A stretch of DNA of 64,000 bases, taken from NCBI RefSeq assembly GCF_009914755.1, contig NC_060930.1, one strand, 5' to 3'. This document shows positions 63,113-64,000 of this stretch, piece by piece. The translations under genes and the position numbers were made by a program. The notes under the pieces are model-generated. The model was not told the origin of the DNA, ran no database searches, and was given only the letters and a program-made list of their open reading frames with translations. Numbering within the stretch: position 1 is the stretch's first letter; each line of letters begins with the position of its first letter. The DNA comes from the human T2T-CHM13v2.0 reference genome, Homo sapiens.

Positions 63113-64000
63113 CCGAATAGCCAAGGCAATCCTAAGCAAAAAAAAAACAAAGCTGGAGACATCACAGTACCCAACTTTGGACTATACTACAGGGCTACAG
63201 TAATCAAAACAGCATGGTACTGGTACAGAAACAGACAAATAGACCAATGGAACAGAATAGAGAACCCAGAAATAAGGCCACATGCCTACAACCATCAAAT
63301 CTTTGACAAACCTGACAAAAGCAAGCAATGGGGAAAGGATTCCCTGTTCAATAAATGGTGCTGGAATAACTGGCTAGCCACATGCAGGTGACTGAAACTG
63401 GACCCCTTCCTTACACCGTATACAAAAATTAACTCAATATGGATTAAAGACTTAAATGTAAAACTGAAAACTATAAAAACCCTGGAAGACAACCTAGGCA
63501 ATACCATTCTGCACATAGGAATGAGCAAAGATTTCATGATGAAGATGCCAAATGCAATTGCAACAAAAGCAAAAATTGACCAGTGGGATCTAATCAAATG
63601 AAAGCGCTTCTGAATAGCAAAGGAAACTATCAAGTGAAGAGAAAACCTACAGAATAGGAGAAAATTTTTGCAAACTATGCATCTGATAAAGGTCTAATAT
63701 CCAGCATCTATAAGGAACTTAAACAAATTTATTAAAAAAAACCCATTAAAAAGTAGGCAAAAGACATGGCAGACACTTCTCAAAAGAAAATGTATACGCA
63801 GCCAACAATCATATGAAAAAAACCTCAACATTACTGATCATTAGAGAAATGCAAATCAAAACCACAATGAGATGCCATCTCACACCAGTCAGAATAGCTA
63901 TTATGAAAAAGTCAAAAGATGACAGATGCTGGTGAGGTTGCAGAGAAAAAGGAACGCTTACACACTGTTGGTGGGAGTGTAAATTAGTTCAACCATTGTG
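63113..64000 (+). mobile_element. 5'-truncated L1PA (approx. L1PA8-13), decayed ORF2, runs off the window end
   Basis: [44 protein letters not shown]...[12 protein letters not shown], with stops and frameshifts. Confidence 0.95.

Noticed and set aside
62975-63391. 138-aa ORF as a chimeric novel protein
   Set aside because: Non-ATG start reading into dead L1 ORF2 by chance; stops at 63391

Overview
Primate (human-like) nuclear genomic DNA, almost entirely non-coding. It is AT-rich, CpG-depleted and densely filled with Alu (J/S and monomeric FLAM types, no obvious AluY), L1 (L1M and L1PA), L2, MIR, MaLR/ERV1 LTRs and hAT-Charlie MITEs. No multi-exon CDS, rRNA, tRNA or CRISPR array is supported. 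The six-frame ORFs are chance ORFs or Alu/L1-derived. The best gene-like signal is an isolated 34-nt internal exon with near-consensus splice sites (44248-44281, + strand), which suggests the window lies in large introns of a gene I cannot identify. I cannot support a new biological 'system'. The most unusual structures visible in the sequence are: (i) a complex L1 5' junction built from inverted copies of the same L1, a snap-back double hairpin and ~250 bp of foreign sequence (62733-63113); (ii) a CpG-retaining element at ~20.8-21.6 kb with an inverted repeat that carries mirror-image splice donors; (iii) a ~180-bp micro-inversion inside an L2 next to a direct-inverted-direct micro-triplication (60111-60406); (iv) a 165-bp nested palindrome (37002-37166); (v) several dense transcription-factor motif clusters. 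Repeat subfamily names come from recalled consensus similarity. Boundaries without a stated TSD are approximate (about +/-30 bp).
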